From NCBI GenBank assembly GCA_043228905.1, contig JBHGNT010000001.1, positions 5,022,001-5,086,000 of the forward strand: a stretch of 64,000 nt of DNA, given 5' to 3'. The DNA comes from Azolla caroliniana (Eukaryota > Plantae > Polypodiophyta). Below are positions 48,676 through 61,329 of this stretch, piece by piece. Position 1 is the stretch's first letter. Each line of letters begins with the position of its first letter. The notes below the pieces were generated by a model. It was not told where the DNA came from. It did not search any database and saw only the letters and a list, made by a program, of their open reading frames with translations. The translations under genes and the position numbers were made by a program.

Positions 48676-51600
48676 TATTACGGGCATGACCATATAATAT
48701 CCCGTGGTGAGAATTTACCGTAGTATTCTATACACGTGGATAAGTGTGAGGGTTAAACGAGAGTGTAAAGAAGGGGAGGATTACTTTTAATCCTTGGGAT
48801 TGAGACAACCCATTAGGTCAAGTGTGAACTTGCCTGGGGGCCTTGGGTATCACTATAAATAAGAGGCCTAGCTACCGTCATTTGATCATCTTTTGACTAC
48901 ATCGAGACTCTGCTCTTGTGGTGGGTCAACTCTTGTAGTGAGGGCGCCAGCACCAGGTATGACTCGACGCCACGACGGTCGTATGGGACGTTGATCGAGG
49001 CTCGAGTCCGTCTCGATCCCTTCGCTCGGGGGTGGTCGGGTGGATCGGCACCCTTCTTTCTCTTTCTCCTTTCTATCTATCATTTGTTTATCCTTATCTT
49101 AAGCTTACTTTAGTACCTAGATCTCTAATATTTGGTATCAGAGCTATGTACATATGACTATAACACATGTTTAGACTTAAGGTCTAAGTGCACCTCGGGG
49201 TCCTCGTAATAGGACTTAAAGAGCAGAAACCGCATATGTGGGCAAAGAAACATAGTTTATTGTTAACATTTTTTTCGTGTATAAACTACTCATGACACGA
49301 ACATACATGGTTGAGCCTCAGGGAGCCGCCATGAAAAAATCGATATAGAGATCAGGGAAAGACATTAAATTGTCACCCCCATGGTTTTTAAAACACATTT
49401 GTGTTACCATAGTAACATGATCTTGAACCTCATCTCATACGTCTAGAGGGGTATTGACGTGAGATCATGATATCGATTAATGTTTGCCCATGATATGTTT
49501 ACATCACGACATGATGTTATGACTATCTCTCCTCTCTAACCTTATCCTATTTCTTTTCCAGAAATAATCTGTAATGGCTCAAATTAACGACCCGATGTCA
49601 TCCGCTCAAGCGGAAGGAACTCAAGGGAATCCTCCTGGACAAATGTCCACTGAGATGTATTTGGCACAAATAACCCAATACCTTAGTTTCACCGCTCAAT
49701 AGATGACCGAACTTCGGCAATCTCAGAGTGCTCTTGAGGCACGTGTCATTAGTCTACAACGTGAGACTAATAGACCTTATGAGCGACAAGGTGAACCATC
49801 ATTTGTCGTTAAGACATTTACGGGAGACAAAAAGGAAAGAACCGAAGAAGCAATCTACACATGGCTGGGACGATGAGAGTCTCATTTTGAGCTCTATCCC
49901 ACGCCAGATAGTACGAAGATTGCATATGTCGGCCGAGAACTCGGGGGTAAGGCCGCCGCTTGGTGGCGTGGGCTCCGTACTATGGGGAAATTGCCCGATA
50001 CCTGGACAGATTTTGTCACGGTTTTTAAGAGCCAATTTTTGCAACCTCCCTCTCGAACCGAGGCAGCACAAGCTTTAATGAACCTCTCTAGCAAGAAATT
50101 TTCCTCACTAGAAGACTATGTTCACCATGCTAGAACCCAAATCCAAAAATCGGGTCTAGAAGGGGACAATTGGTTGATAGCTTGTTTTGTCAATGGCATC
50201 CCCAATTCGGACTATCACTGGATAGTGCACGATAAGGATCCAAAATCCTTCGAAGAGGTCGTTGAAATAGTTCTTCACTATCAATGCACTTCGAAGAAGG
50301 ACCACAACAAACCCAACGAAGCGCCCGGGACTAAGCAGTTGCAATTCATTGGGAAACGCAAGACACCCAACGAATTCCTGGATCGCAATTGTAAGCGACA
50401 ACATCCTTTTTGCGTATTCTGCAAAAAGAAGGGTCATACAAAAGATCAATGTCGAAAGCTCCAACGGAAAGAGCACGACAACAAAGCTAAAGTTGCAGAC
50501 CATAAAGGTCAGATTCCCAATGTCCTTCAGGTCTATACACATCATTTAAGTAATTGTCAATATTCTTTCCCTCATTATGTATTGGGTCCCAATCATTTAC
50601 TACGTGCAAACGGGTATATCAATGGATCTCCCGTACAATTTTTATTTGATTTGGGAAGCTCACACAATTTTGTGAATGATCGTTTGGTTCAAATATGGGG
50701 AATCCAACCCACCATAAGTGATCCCACCTACACGGTGCACTTGGCTGATGGAAGAGTACAATACATCAACGGGGCGATTCATTCATTAGGAATTTCTCTT
50801 GATACTTATATAGAGGAAGTAGACTTCCATGTAATAAATCTTTGTACCACCGATGTAATACTGGGTTATCCCTGGTTTTATAATAAAAACTCTTCTTTAT
50901 CTATTGATTGGGTTCATCATTCAATTACATTTGTACTAAACGATTGTACTCATTTTATTCAATGTGTAAAAAAACAATCTCTCTCGATTGTTTCCTCGTG
51001 TCCATTAGTATCTGAGTTGTCTTGTTCTACTCTATTTTATTGTGTACTTGATCCGGACATTCACGTTTATAATATCGATAATGTCTCAGTTCAATTAACA
51101 TATTTTGAACAACAACAACTTGATGAAATCTTAAATGATTTTCCTGATGTTTTTCCGAGTGAACTACCAGATGGCTTACCTCCTAGACGTAATATAGACC
51201 ATCGTATAGATATTGTACCTAGTGTTGCACCAATAAGTATACCTCCTTATCACTTAAGTCGACCCGAAGAGGATGAGGTATCTAAGCAACTCAAGGACTA
51301 TTTACGAATGGGTTATATACGTTATATTAAATTTCCATGGGGTGCACCAGTTCTCTTGGTTAAAAAGAAAGAGGACACATGGCGTATGTGTATTAATTAC
51401 CGACGCTTGAATCAAGTGACGATCAAGAATTCGTATCCATTGCCCCGGGCTAACGATCTAATTGATCATCTCCAGGGAGCTCAGTATTTTACGAAACTTG
51501 ACCTCCGTACAGGCTACCATCAAATACGAATAAGTGAGGACGATGTTCCTAAAACGGCATTTCATACGCGCTATGGCCATTACGAGTTTTTGGTTATGCC

Positions 51601-54369
51601 TTTTGGTTTGACCAATGCTCCGGCTACTTTTCAACAAGAAATGAATGACATTTTCTGAGAACAACTTGGAAAATTTGTCATTATTTTCTTGGATAATATT
51701 TTAGTTTATAGTCGTACATTACAAGAACATGTTAAACATGTCTGCTTTGTTTTACAAACATTGCGTGACAAACAGTTTTATGCGAAGATCTCAAAATGTG
51801 AGTTCTTCAAGAAATCAATTACTTATCTAGGACATCTCATAACCGAACGAGGAGTTGAAATTGATCCTTCTCGCATTGAGAAAATCAAGCTTTGGCCCAC
51901 TCTTCGGAATATTTGAGAAGTTCGATCATTCCTTGGTTTTGTCGGGTTTTTGCGAAAGTCTCTTCGTAATTACTCCCAATTGACGATGCCATTTACTGAT
52001 CTTTTAAAAGGTCAAACGCGTAAGTCTACAAAACCTATTGTGTGGAATGCTACACTAGACCTCACCTTTAAGGAACTCAAGGACCTGGTTTGCAAGGCTC
52101 CTTCACTTCTTTTACCTGATCCTTCAAAACCTTTTGAGGTTGAAACCGATGCAAGCAATTATGCTATAGGTGTTGTCTTGTATCAAGATGGTAAACCAAT
52201 AGCATTCGAGAGTAAGAAACTTGATTCTGCTCAATGTCGGTATACCGTTCAAGAAAAGGAATTATTTGCAGTTATACATGCGCTCAAAACATGGCGCCAT
52301 TATCTTTATGGAAATCGCTTTGCGGTAACTACGGACCATGAGTCCTTGAAATATTTTTGTGACCAACAAGACCTGAAAGGTCGTAAGGCACGATGGGCTG
52401 ATCTCATCTAGGACTTTGATTTTTCCATACGATATCGTAAAGGTTCCATGAACACCTTCGAGGAAAGTATCCATATGACAGTTATTTTGCAAAATATTGG
52501 GCAAGAGTTGAGTTTGGAATAGACACCACCACATCCTCGAAGGAATACTTCCACATTGCTAATGGTTTGCTCTACCGTAATGGGAAGGTTTGTGTTCCAG
52601 ATTTACCCGAGGTCAAAAAGAGGATTCTTTTTTAATGCAATGATGCACCCTCAGCAGGGCACCCTGGAATACATCGTACACTCGTTCTCATCTCCACTCA
52701 ATTTGATTGGCCTAAGATGCGCCCTAACATACATAGCTATGTGACAAAATGTCACCAGTGTCAGGTTAACAAAGTCGAGCGACTTAAAGCCGCAAGACTT
52801 TTACATCCCTTGAACATTCCCAATAATAAGTGGGAAAGTATATCCATGGATTTTATTGTTAGCCTTCCTCGCACCCAAAAAGGTCATGATGCCATCTGGG
52901 TTGTCGTTGATCGACTAACTAAAATGGCCAGATTTATTGCTACTAAAACCACAGTAACAGCTCCTAAATTGGCTTACCAATTCGTTGACGAATTATTTCG
53001 TTTTTATGGGTTACCGATGGATATCGTGAGTGATCGAGATCCAAAGTTTACTAGTGACTTCTCGACGCAAGTCTTTAAGAAGTTAGAAACTACGTTGAGC
53101 ATGAGCTCCACAGATCATCCTCAATCCGATGGACAGACAGAACGAGTAAATCAAATTATTCAGCACATGCTTCGAGCATACGTTGGTGCAAAACCAACAA
53201 AATGGGAACGTTATCTCCCAATTTTAGAGTTTGCTTATAATAGCTCCAAGCATACGTCGACGGGATATAGTCCTTTTATGTTGATGTATGGTTTTCAGCC
53301 ACGAGCCCCGATTGATGTTAATATACATCATAATGAGTTGCGAAGTACACAAAACTTTCTTTGGGATATGCAAGATGTGTTGCATATTGCACGAGATAAT
53401 ATAAAAACAGCTAAAGATAGAGCGCGTTTTTATGCCGACCATCATAGGCAACCTCGTGTATTCAACCCTGGACAGAAGGTATTTTTACGTGTACCTCACA
53501 ATTCTAAGACATTGTCTATGGGTAAGTGCGCTAAGTTAGCCCCACGGTTTTGTGGGCCTTTTACAGTCCTCAAATGCATTGGGTCATCAGCCTATCGTCT
53601 CGCTCTTCCCGATGGTGTCGGAATTAATCCAGTCTTTCATGTGAGTCGTCTAAAAGAACTTCTAGGTTCTGGCGACAATAAAATTACTACTGAAACTCTG
53701 GTTACTTCTGAAGAATTATCTTCTAAACCACATGTACTAGAAAGAATTCTCGATGTTAAAACAAAAAAATTACGTACTAAAGAAATCCAAGAATTTAAAA
53801 TAAAATGGATGGATAAATCAATAAAAGATGCCACATGGGAACGCAAAAATACTCTTAGAACTAACTTCCTTAACTTTCCATTGCAAGAGTGCAATGTTTT
53901 AAAGAGGGGGAGTATGTTACGGGCATGACCATATAATATCCCGTGGTGAGAATTTATCGTAGTATTCTATACACGTGGATAAGTGTGAGGGTTAAACAAG
54001 AGTGTAAAGAAGGGGAGGATTACTTTTAATCCTCGGGATTGAGACAACCCATTAGGTCAAGTGTGAACTTGCGTGGGGGCCTTGGGTATCGTTATAAATA
54101 AGAGGCCTAACTACCCTCATTTGATCATCTTTTGACTACATCGAGACTTTGCTCTTGTGGTGGGTCAACTCTTGTAGCGAGTGCGCCAGCACCAAGTATG
54201 ACTCGACGCCACGACGGTGGTATGGGACGCCGATCGAGGCTTGAGTCCGTCTCGATCCCTTCGCTCGGGGGTGGTCGGGTGGATCGATACCCTTCTTTCT
54301 CTTTCTCCTTTCTATCTATCATTTGTTTATCCTTATCTTAAGCTTACTTTAGTACCTAGATCTCTAATA
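48676..54369 (+). mobile_element. Element F: Ty3/gypsy chromovirus (relative of E) inserted in G gag
   Basis: 455-bp LTRs 48676-49130 and 53915-54369 (about 4% different by hand count); TSD GTACC/TTACC; PBS iMet at 49133-49144; PPT AAAGAGGGGGAGTA. Confidence 0.95.
49574..53928 (+). pseudogene. Element F gag-pol with chromodomain (multiple stops)
   Basis: Colinear with the E polyprotein; catalytic motifs are decayed (FDLG, FLDN) and there are several premature stops. Confidence 0.92.
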
Positions 54370-55032
54370 TTACCTATAAATGGTTGCCATGATGGGGGTA
54401 GGGCGGCTAACAAGAGGGCGGATTGAAAGGAACTTGGCAAGCTATGTCCTAAAAGGATCACATCATCGAGTCGAAGTCTCCAATTTTTAACAAATGTGTC
54501 AACATCATCATTTTCATTCATATTCATATTTATTAAGATTTTTAAATTTGCAACTTGGGACGTAATGTCCGTATGGAGGTAATCAGCCTCTAATCTATCC
54601 CATATTTGTTTGGTGGTAGTCAAAGTTCTCACACTTTGCTTAAGTGTGTCCTCCATATGAAGGAGAAGTTCTAAGTGAGCGTTTAAATCATGCCGCTTCC
54701 ATGTTTGCACGTCAAGTGCATTTGTGGGGACATTAATGTCGGGGCACACGTCGGTTCCATCGACGATATTTAACAAGTCATGTTGTTCTAATATAATTTC
54801 CATGGTCATACGCCATGGTTGATCATTTTTATCATTCAATTTTTCAATGTGATAAGTGTGAAACGATACCTGGGCGGCATTTACCGCCACATTCGCTATC
54901 ACTCCACCGTTTGACATGGTCGAAAATTCGTTTCTTTAATTCACGCGTTCGTTATTAACACCGTGACACAATTCTTGGTGGGGTTGGACTCTTTCACCGC
55001 TCTGATACCATGTGGAAAATAATGAAATATGA

Positions 55033-55082
<50 letters not shown>

Positions 55083-55967
55083 AAGAAGAAAACTTTATTG
55101 AATGATAGTTTATGTCTCTCTCTAAAACCAACCGACCACACAGAGAGGAGATGTGGTGGTTCTAGCTGCACCCTAATTTTTTGGGGTGTACCTTTTCATT
55201 TCATATAGCTTTTAGTCTTCTTCTTCTTTTTTCTATTTACTTCTTCTAAACTAATTAATTTATTACAACATGGCTAAGAGATCAAGGATGCAAAGAGCAC
55301 ATTAAACAGGTTCCCAACTTCCTTTTATATAGGGTAGAAAGTGGAGGGAAAATTGATGTAGGCTTCTTTGAATTACAACTAGGTTAACATGAAAACTGTT
55401 TTGTCTACTAATAATAACTTGTGGTGTGGGGTTATATTTTGTAATTAACTAACTAGTTGCTGAGTGCCAGCTAATTAGTTAATTATAACTGCTAACACTT
55501 TCTGAGGAAGTACAATGACAAAGTTCTTTTTTGGGAAGTATTGCAATGAAGATTTGGACGAAAAACAGTCGTTGCAACTTCTGTGTAGTTGTTTTGTGAC
55601 AGATTCATGTGCACTGATTAATGAGGAAAAATGTAAAGGTGAAAAAGGCTAAAAAAAATTTATGAAGTTGAGAAAACCGTCCGATGAGAGAAGAAAACAG
55701 GCATTATTCTTGGAAAGAGGATATTCTATTACGAAGAGACAAAAATGTTTTAAGATGAATCCACGAGTCTTGGAAAGGTGGAAATGGTCCACAAGACTGC
55801 GCTATAGGTCAAGACTGTCTTTTTTGGAAGCATATAATTACCTTTACAGCAGGAACAGAAATAAATGGATCTAAAAAGTTGTGTACACTTTTCTGACAAT
55901 GTATTTTAAGATCATCCTAGTGATGATGCAGCAGTGAAATGATTTGAAGCCCTACGTATGTATATAC

Positions 55968-56002
<35 letters not shown>

Positions 56003-56082
56003 CATGACCAGATTATAAATGTATGGGGAGAGGGGTATCAAACCATCCATCCATCCACTGAAGCAATTCAGGGACACAAAAT

Positions 56083-56128
56083 ATGGTGTCTTCTGATACA
56101 ACCACCACAACACCCAGCAGCATAAGTG

Positions 56129-56174
<46 letters not shown>

Positions 56175-57841
56175 GCGTAGGCATCATGCGGTGGCCATCG
56201 CTTTTCCCGCCCAGGGCCACATAAATCCCATGATGCACTTCTGCTTCAAGCTTGCCCGAGACCATGGCTTCGCGGTCACCTTTGTGGTCACGCAGTACCA
56301 CCATCCCCTCCTCGTCCGCAACCTCGCCCCCGTCTTCCAGGAGCACGGCCTCGACATCCGCATTGTCGAAATCCGCGACAAGCGCAGCACCGGGACCACC
56401 ACCGGGGTGAGTAGCATGTTCGAGCTCCGCCATTCCTTCTTCAGCCTCCTCCCCGAGTTCCAGGAGCTCTTTCAATCCCTCATCACCGCCTCCACATCTG
56501 ACCCAATCACTCATCCACACCCCTCGCTCATCATCTACGATCTCTACCTCCCTTTCTTGCTCGACCTCGGCACAAAGTTCAGCCTCCCTCGCATCGCCTT
56601 CTATTCCGCCTCTGCGGGTACGCTAGCTTCCTTCATGGCCGTCAATCAGGGCCACCGACCCGGTAATAATCCCAACCTCCTCCTTTCTAGCGATTGCATC
56701 CCATCGATCAAAACATTTTTTGTGTGTTACGTAGTAGTAAGTAGTAGGTAGTACAGTAACAGCTGCACCAGGAGGTCTGCCTAACACTTATCATTTTTTG
56801 GGTTGTTGGTAAGATCCGCACGACCTGGTACGGTGGATCCCAGGTGTTCCTCCGTTGAAGCCAAACGAGCTCTTCACCTTCCTGCAGTGTTTTGACCCGG
56901 CTGATCTCATGTATTCAACCATATTGGAGGCATACCAGAGGATGAAGGAAGCCTCGAGCATCGTAATCAACACTTTCGATGAGTTGGAGCACGAATCTCT
57001 GGAGGCCTTACGGGAAGAGAATCCCCACATATTTGCGGTGGGCCCTCTGCTACCACCTGCATACTTTAATCAGCATGCCAGAGACGGCATGGATGGGGAT
57101 GGAGCAGATGCCACTCAGAATCCTGGCAATGAGGGTTTAGTGACCACATATCACAGTGCAGCGCTCTGGGAAGAGGACCACAGCTGCCTCCACTGGCTAA
57201 ACGGACAAGCCCTAGGATCGGTGCTGTTCGTATCGTTCGGGAGCATAACCGTGTTGAACGTCGAGCAGTTCGAGGAGCTGGCGTTGGGGCTAGAGGCGAG
57301 TGGCGTGGCGCTGCTGTGGGTCATACGCCCCGATCTGATGTATGGGGAGAAGGCCTTGTTCCCCGCGGGCTACTTGGAGAGGATGAAGGAGCGCACGTGC
57401 TTCGTGGAGTGGGCGCCGCAGCTGCATGTGCTGAAGCATGGGGCGGTGGGCGGATTCCTGACGCATTGCGGCTGGAACTCCACATTGGAGAGCATATCGG
57501 CAGGAGTGCCACTGCTGGTGTGGCCATACTTCGCGGACCAGATGTTGAACAATCGGTGCTGCGTGGAGAAGTGGGGCATAGCCGTGGCCTTCAATTCCGA
57601 CCCATTGACGGAGCAGCTAGTGCGGCGTGAGGAGGTGGAGGCGAAGGTACGAGAGCTCATGGTGTCCAAATCTGGGAGCACAATGAAGGAGAGGGCATCG
57701 TATTGGCGTGAGGTAGCCCGGAAGGCGGCGGCGGTGAAGGGAGGCTCCTCGGAGAGATCATGGACAGACCTCATGGATGCCATTGAAAGCTGGCGACCAG
57801 CAAATCAAGAGCAGCGCCACCAAGTTGGGATAGCTATCTAG
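56083..57841 (+). CDS. UDP-glycosyltransferase family 1 (UGT85/group G-like), copy 3; exons 56083-56662 and 56814-57841, about 535 aa
   Basis: HAVAIAFPAQGHINP, LIIYDLY and PSPG box WAPQLHVLKHGAVGGFLTHCGWNSTLESISAGVPLLVWPYFADQ. Phase-1 intron GTAATA (56663) to AAG (56813). Confidence 0.94.
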
Positions 57842-58210
57842 CTGGCTATTGATGGATCTATTTATTGGCCAGCCTTCTTTATCATGATTTCATCCTGTTT
57901 ATTCTAATGTCAGACTGATAGCCCTATTGCTAGTATATGGTTTCTAGATTGGCCTCACTATCGTTTCTTGTCGTCTGTTACAAAACTTTGCTTGTCCTTC
58001 TTGATGTTCACTTTGCCCCAATTGTGATATCCTAGTATGTGGTATAGATTAGCCTACTATCTCTCCTTGTCCTTATTGTGTGGTTACTAATACCTTACTA
58101 AACTTTTTGTCGTTTTTTATGCTCACTTTACTAAATTGCCCCGTAAACAAAATAAATACGGAAATGGTGTGGGGACTCTACCAATGCCATTGAGGAAAAG
58201 AAAGAAATTA

Positions 58211-60513
58211 AGAGATAGATAGATTATATTATCGTCTTCGGAGGTCAAATATAACCTATGAGACCAAAGATATTACATTTCACGTGATACGTGTGAAAGT
58301 GAGTATTGATTCTCGATGTTCAAGAACTTTACCAATGAATGTTGCAATCGAGAGTGCACATCGTGATTGTGAGAGAAATTCGTGCAAGGATTGGGCTCGC
58401 TCGAAGAGATGTGGAAAGCATGGTCGAATATGATCAAAGGCAGAGCATTGTATCAAAGTGTGATACTCATACTCTCGAACTTGTTTGGGGCAAAGTGTGA
58501 ATAGCCGGTCACTCTCATCACTTGTGCCCCAACGCCCTGTCTATTAGAGACATGGTCTAATGTAAGCATTAGATAAGGATAGAATACAGATAGATAGATA
58601 AAAAGGAGAGAGAGAAAGAAGGATGTCGATCCACCCGACCACCCCCGAGCGAAGGGATCGAGACGGACTCGAGCCTCGATCGGCGTCCCATACCACCGTC
58701 GTGGCGTCAAGTCATACCTAATGCTGGCGCGCTCGCTACAAGAGTTTACCCACCACAAGACAGAGTCTCGACGTAGTCAACCAGATGATCAAATGAGGGT
58801 AGCTAGGCCTCTTATTTATAACGATACCCATGTGGCATCTTTTATTGATTTATCCATCCATTTTATTTTAAATTCTCGGATTTCTTTAGTAAGTAATTTT
58901 TTTTGTTTTAACATCGAGAATTCTTTCTAGTACATGTGGTTTAGAAGATAATTCTTCAGAAGTAACTAGAGTTTCAGTCTCCTTCTTTACACTCTCGTTT
59001 AACCTTCACACTTATCCACGTGTATAGAATACTACGGTAAATTCTCACCACGGGATATTATATGATCATGCCAATAACACTGTCTCACATCGCAATGCAT
59101 GCGAGCTAATTCGCATCGAAGCAACGGTTCGAATGGTAGATATCGAGATGGGCTCTAACATGTCTCGATGAGTACGGCTTCCCCGTTCTGCGAAGAATAT
59201 GGTTTTGTAGTTAGGTGCAACATTTGTAGTATAATGTGTGAAGCGTGAGCCTCGACATTTGTCCCACACCATGATACATTGGTGTTGCAAAAAAGAGGAA
59301 TCTAGTGATGCATCATGAAGCAAGTGTCTTGCATCCCATCTACCAAACCATGTTTCTAAATCTTGCATCCAACCAGAACACAAAATTTTGCTTTTATGCG
59401 TCTTTTGGATATTTTTGCTTACTTCCCATGCGATTCTAGGAAGTTGATGTGAGGGGCTTTTTTTAACCTTAAGCATGTATTTAACAACCCTTTCCATGGC
59501 CATGATGTCAATGGGAAGCGATCTTGTCTCAAGGAGGAGGGTGTAAGGCGTTTGTTTCTTAACTTGTAGAAACTTTGTAGGAAAATGTTTTCGGACATTT
59601 TCAAACTCTTTCCACATAGATTTAGGGATGCTACCCCCCCATACTTCCACCCCATAGAGAAGAACCGGGGTCACCAAAGTGTCGAAAAGATATTTCTTGA
59701 GAACCCAACACTTAATATCTCCAAGATTGCATGTGTTCTCAAATGCATAGTATGCTCGCTTGCCCGCCTCTAAACGGCGTGTAGCACATTCATTCCATCT
59801 ATGATTTGAAGGAACTTCACGGACAATATATTTGAAGCTTTCCACACATTCAAGTGGCTCATTGTTGTACATAATGCATGGTTTATCTCTTTTTTGGCTC
59901 TTCACAAGCATAATCTTTGTTTTAGAGCTATTGACACTTAATTTAGTGGGCATGCAAAATTTTTCCAATGCCTTCATAAGCTTTTGTGCATCTCCTAAAG
60001 TATTTGCAAAGAACACTAAATCATCCGCATATAACAAAAGCATAATCACAACATTCCCAATGGCAACCTCTTCAACAAATTCTTCCTTTACAAACTTGGT
60101 AACCATTTCTTCCAATTCATCAATGCATAGACCAAATAATGTTGGTGAGAGTGGGTATCCTTGCTTAACACCAATAGTGCTATTGAAAAAATCTAGAAAT
60201 CTATCTCTCATACGCACACAACATATAACCTTCTCATATATTCGGGAAATTGCAAGCATATATTCACTTGGCACCTCAAGTTCTTCCATTCGCCTCCAAA
60301 GATGCTCACGAGGTACCATATCAAAAGCTTTCTTGAAGTCTACAAAGCAACAATATAAACCTTTACCTCTAAGGCGACTTTCCTCCATTAATACTCGGAG
60401 GGTCAAAAGATGATCAATGGTGCTATGGTGTTTCGAAAGCCAGCTTGTCCATAAGCTTCTCTTACCATTTGTTTCTGCCCATACACTTATCTTTGATTCC
60501 ATTATACATGCAA
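58211..60513 (-). mobile_element. 5'-truncated RTE/RTEX-like LINE interrupted by a solo LTR
   Basis: RT DFKKAFD, GVKQGYPLSP, LLYADDLV. The C-terminus re-joins across the insert as ALRCETGRWG..LCPKQVREYEYHTLIQC. Short (ATCT)n-like tail near 58211-58225. Confidence 0.88.
58542..59079 (-). mobile_element. Solo LTR of family F carrying a captured internal fragment
   Basis: TSD CTGTC (58537-58541, 59080-59084); both ends match F LTRs; about 58828-58979 matches F chromodomain-coding DNA. Confidence 0.92.
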
Positions 60514-60590
<77 letters not shown>

Positions 60591-60779
60591 AAGAGAAACA
60601 AAGTCTCAAGTATAGTCGTTTAGTACTCGTCTCAAAGTGGTTCAAGCTATAATGATTCCAATGATTTCTTAATTTTTGCCATTGTTACCATGGACAAAGA
60701 AATCACTTGATCATTTTTCACTTAAATAAACACTACAGAAGAAAGAAACAAACTTTGGTATGAGTTGGGTAATCATGGA

Positions 60780-61300
60780 ACAATATTTGTACATAGGTAC
60801 CAAAGCTTGGGCAAAAATAATTAGTTATTTTGCGGAAAATGTTAGTATATAACATGGGAAAACAAGAATTACAGCTTTGTGGTGGCATGTTGTTAATAGT
60901 ACCTGCCAATTTAAATGTTCAGAATCTATTATGGTTCAACAATTGGTGCTTTCTTGGCAACGATGTTTGAATTTGTTTAAATGGAGGCCTCTTGAGTGCA
61001 GAAAAGATATAAATTCATTAGTAGCAAGGGTGTTGGCAGCTTTAAGGATGTTACGCTGGGATGGAAAAGAAAGTCCAAATTCACAGTTCAATCGAATGGT
61101 AAGGCTAGGATTAGTAATTGTGGAAGATGGTATTTTAGAGTCACGTAGGAAAATGATGGCCTTTCGGGCAATAAAAAATAAGTTTCATATACCACCGGAT
61201 ATGGGTATATTTGGCAATCAATATTGGCATTCCTACATTAGTTTTCCCGATTCCAGAGTTGTGTTGGCCTAGAGGGTGCAAACAACTTACCAAACCAATT
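60780..61300 (+). mobile_element. Fragment of a related L1-like LINE (ORF2 C-terminal region)
   Basis: Peptide WWHVVN..SQFNRMVRLGL..FHIPPDMG resembles the 40548-41156 minus-strand peptide WWQLLN..SQFNRLFRLGV..LHIPPNYG. Confidence 0.65.
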
Positions 61301-61329
61301 TGATGGAATATGAAGTGCAAGCAACCGTC

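Larger units (their letters stand above)
45564..55270 (-). mobile_element. Element G: decayed Ty1/copia retrotransposon
   Basis: LTRs 45564-45812 and 55011-55270; TSD TGGCT; PBS TGGTATCAGAGC at 54999-55010; G-run PPT. gag starts at 54917, with GAG-pre-integrase LWHYRLGH, integrase VHTDICGP..SDNGGEF, partial RT and RNase H KHVDLKYHFI in copia order. Confidence 0.95.

Noticed and set aside
60514-60601. Hydrophobic-looking LSLSLS N-terminus of the 511-aa ORF
   Set aside because: Translation of a (GA)n microsatellite abutting the truncated LINE.
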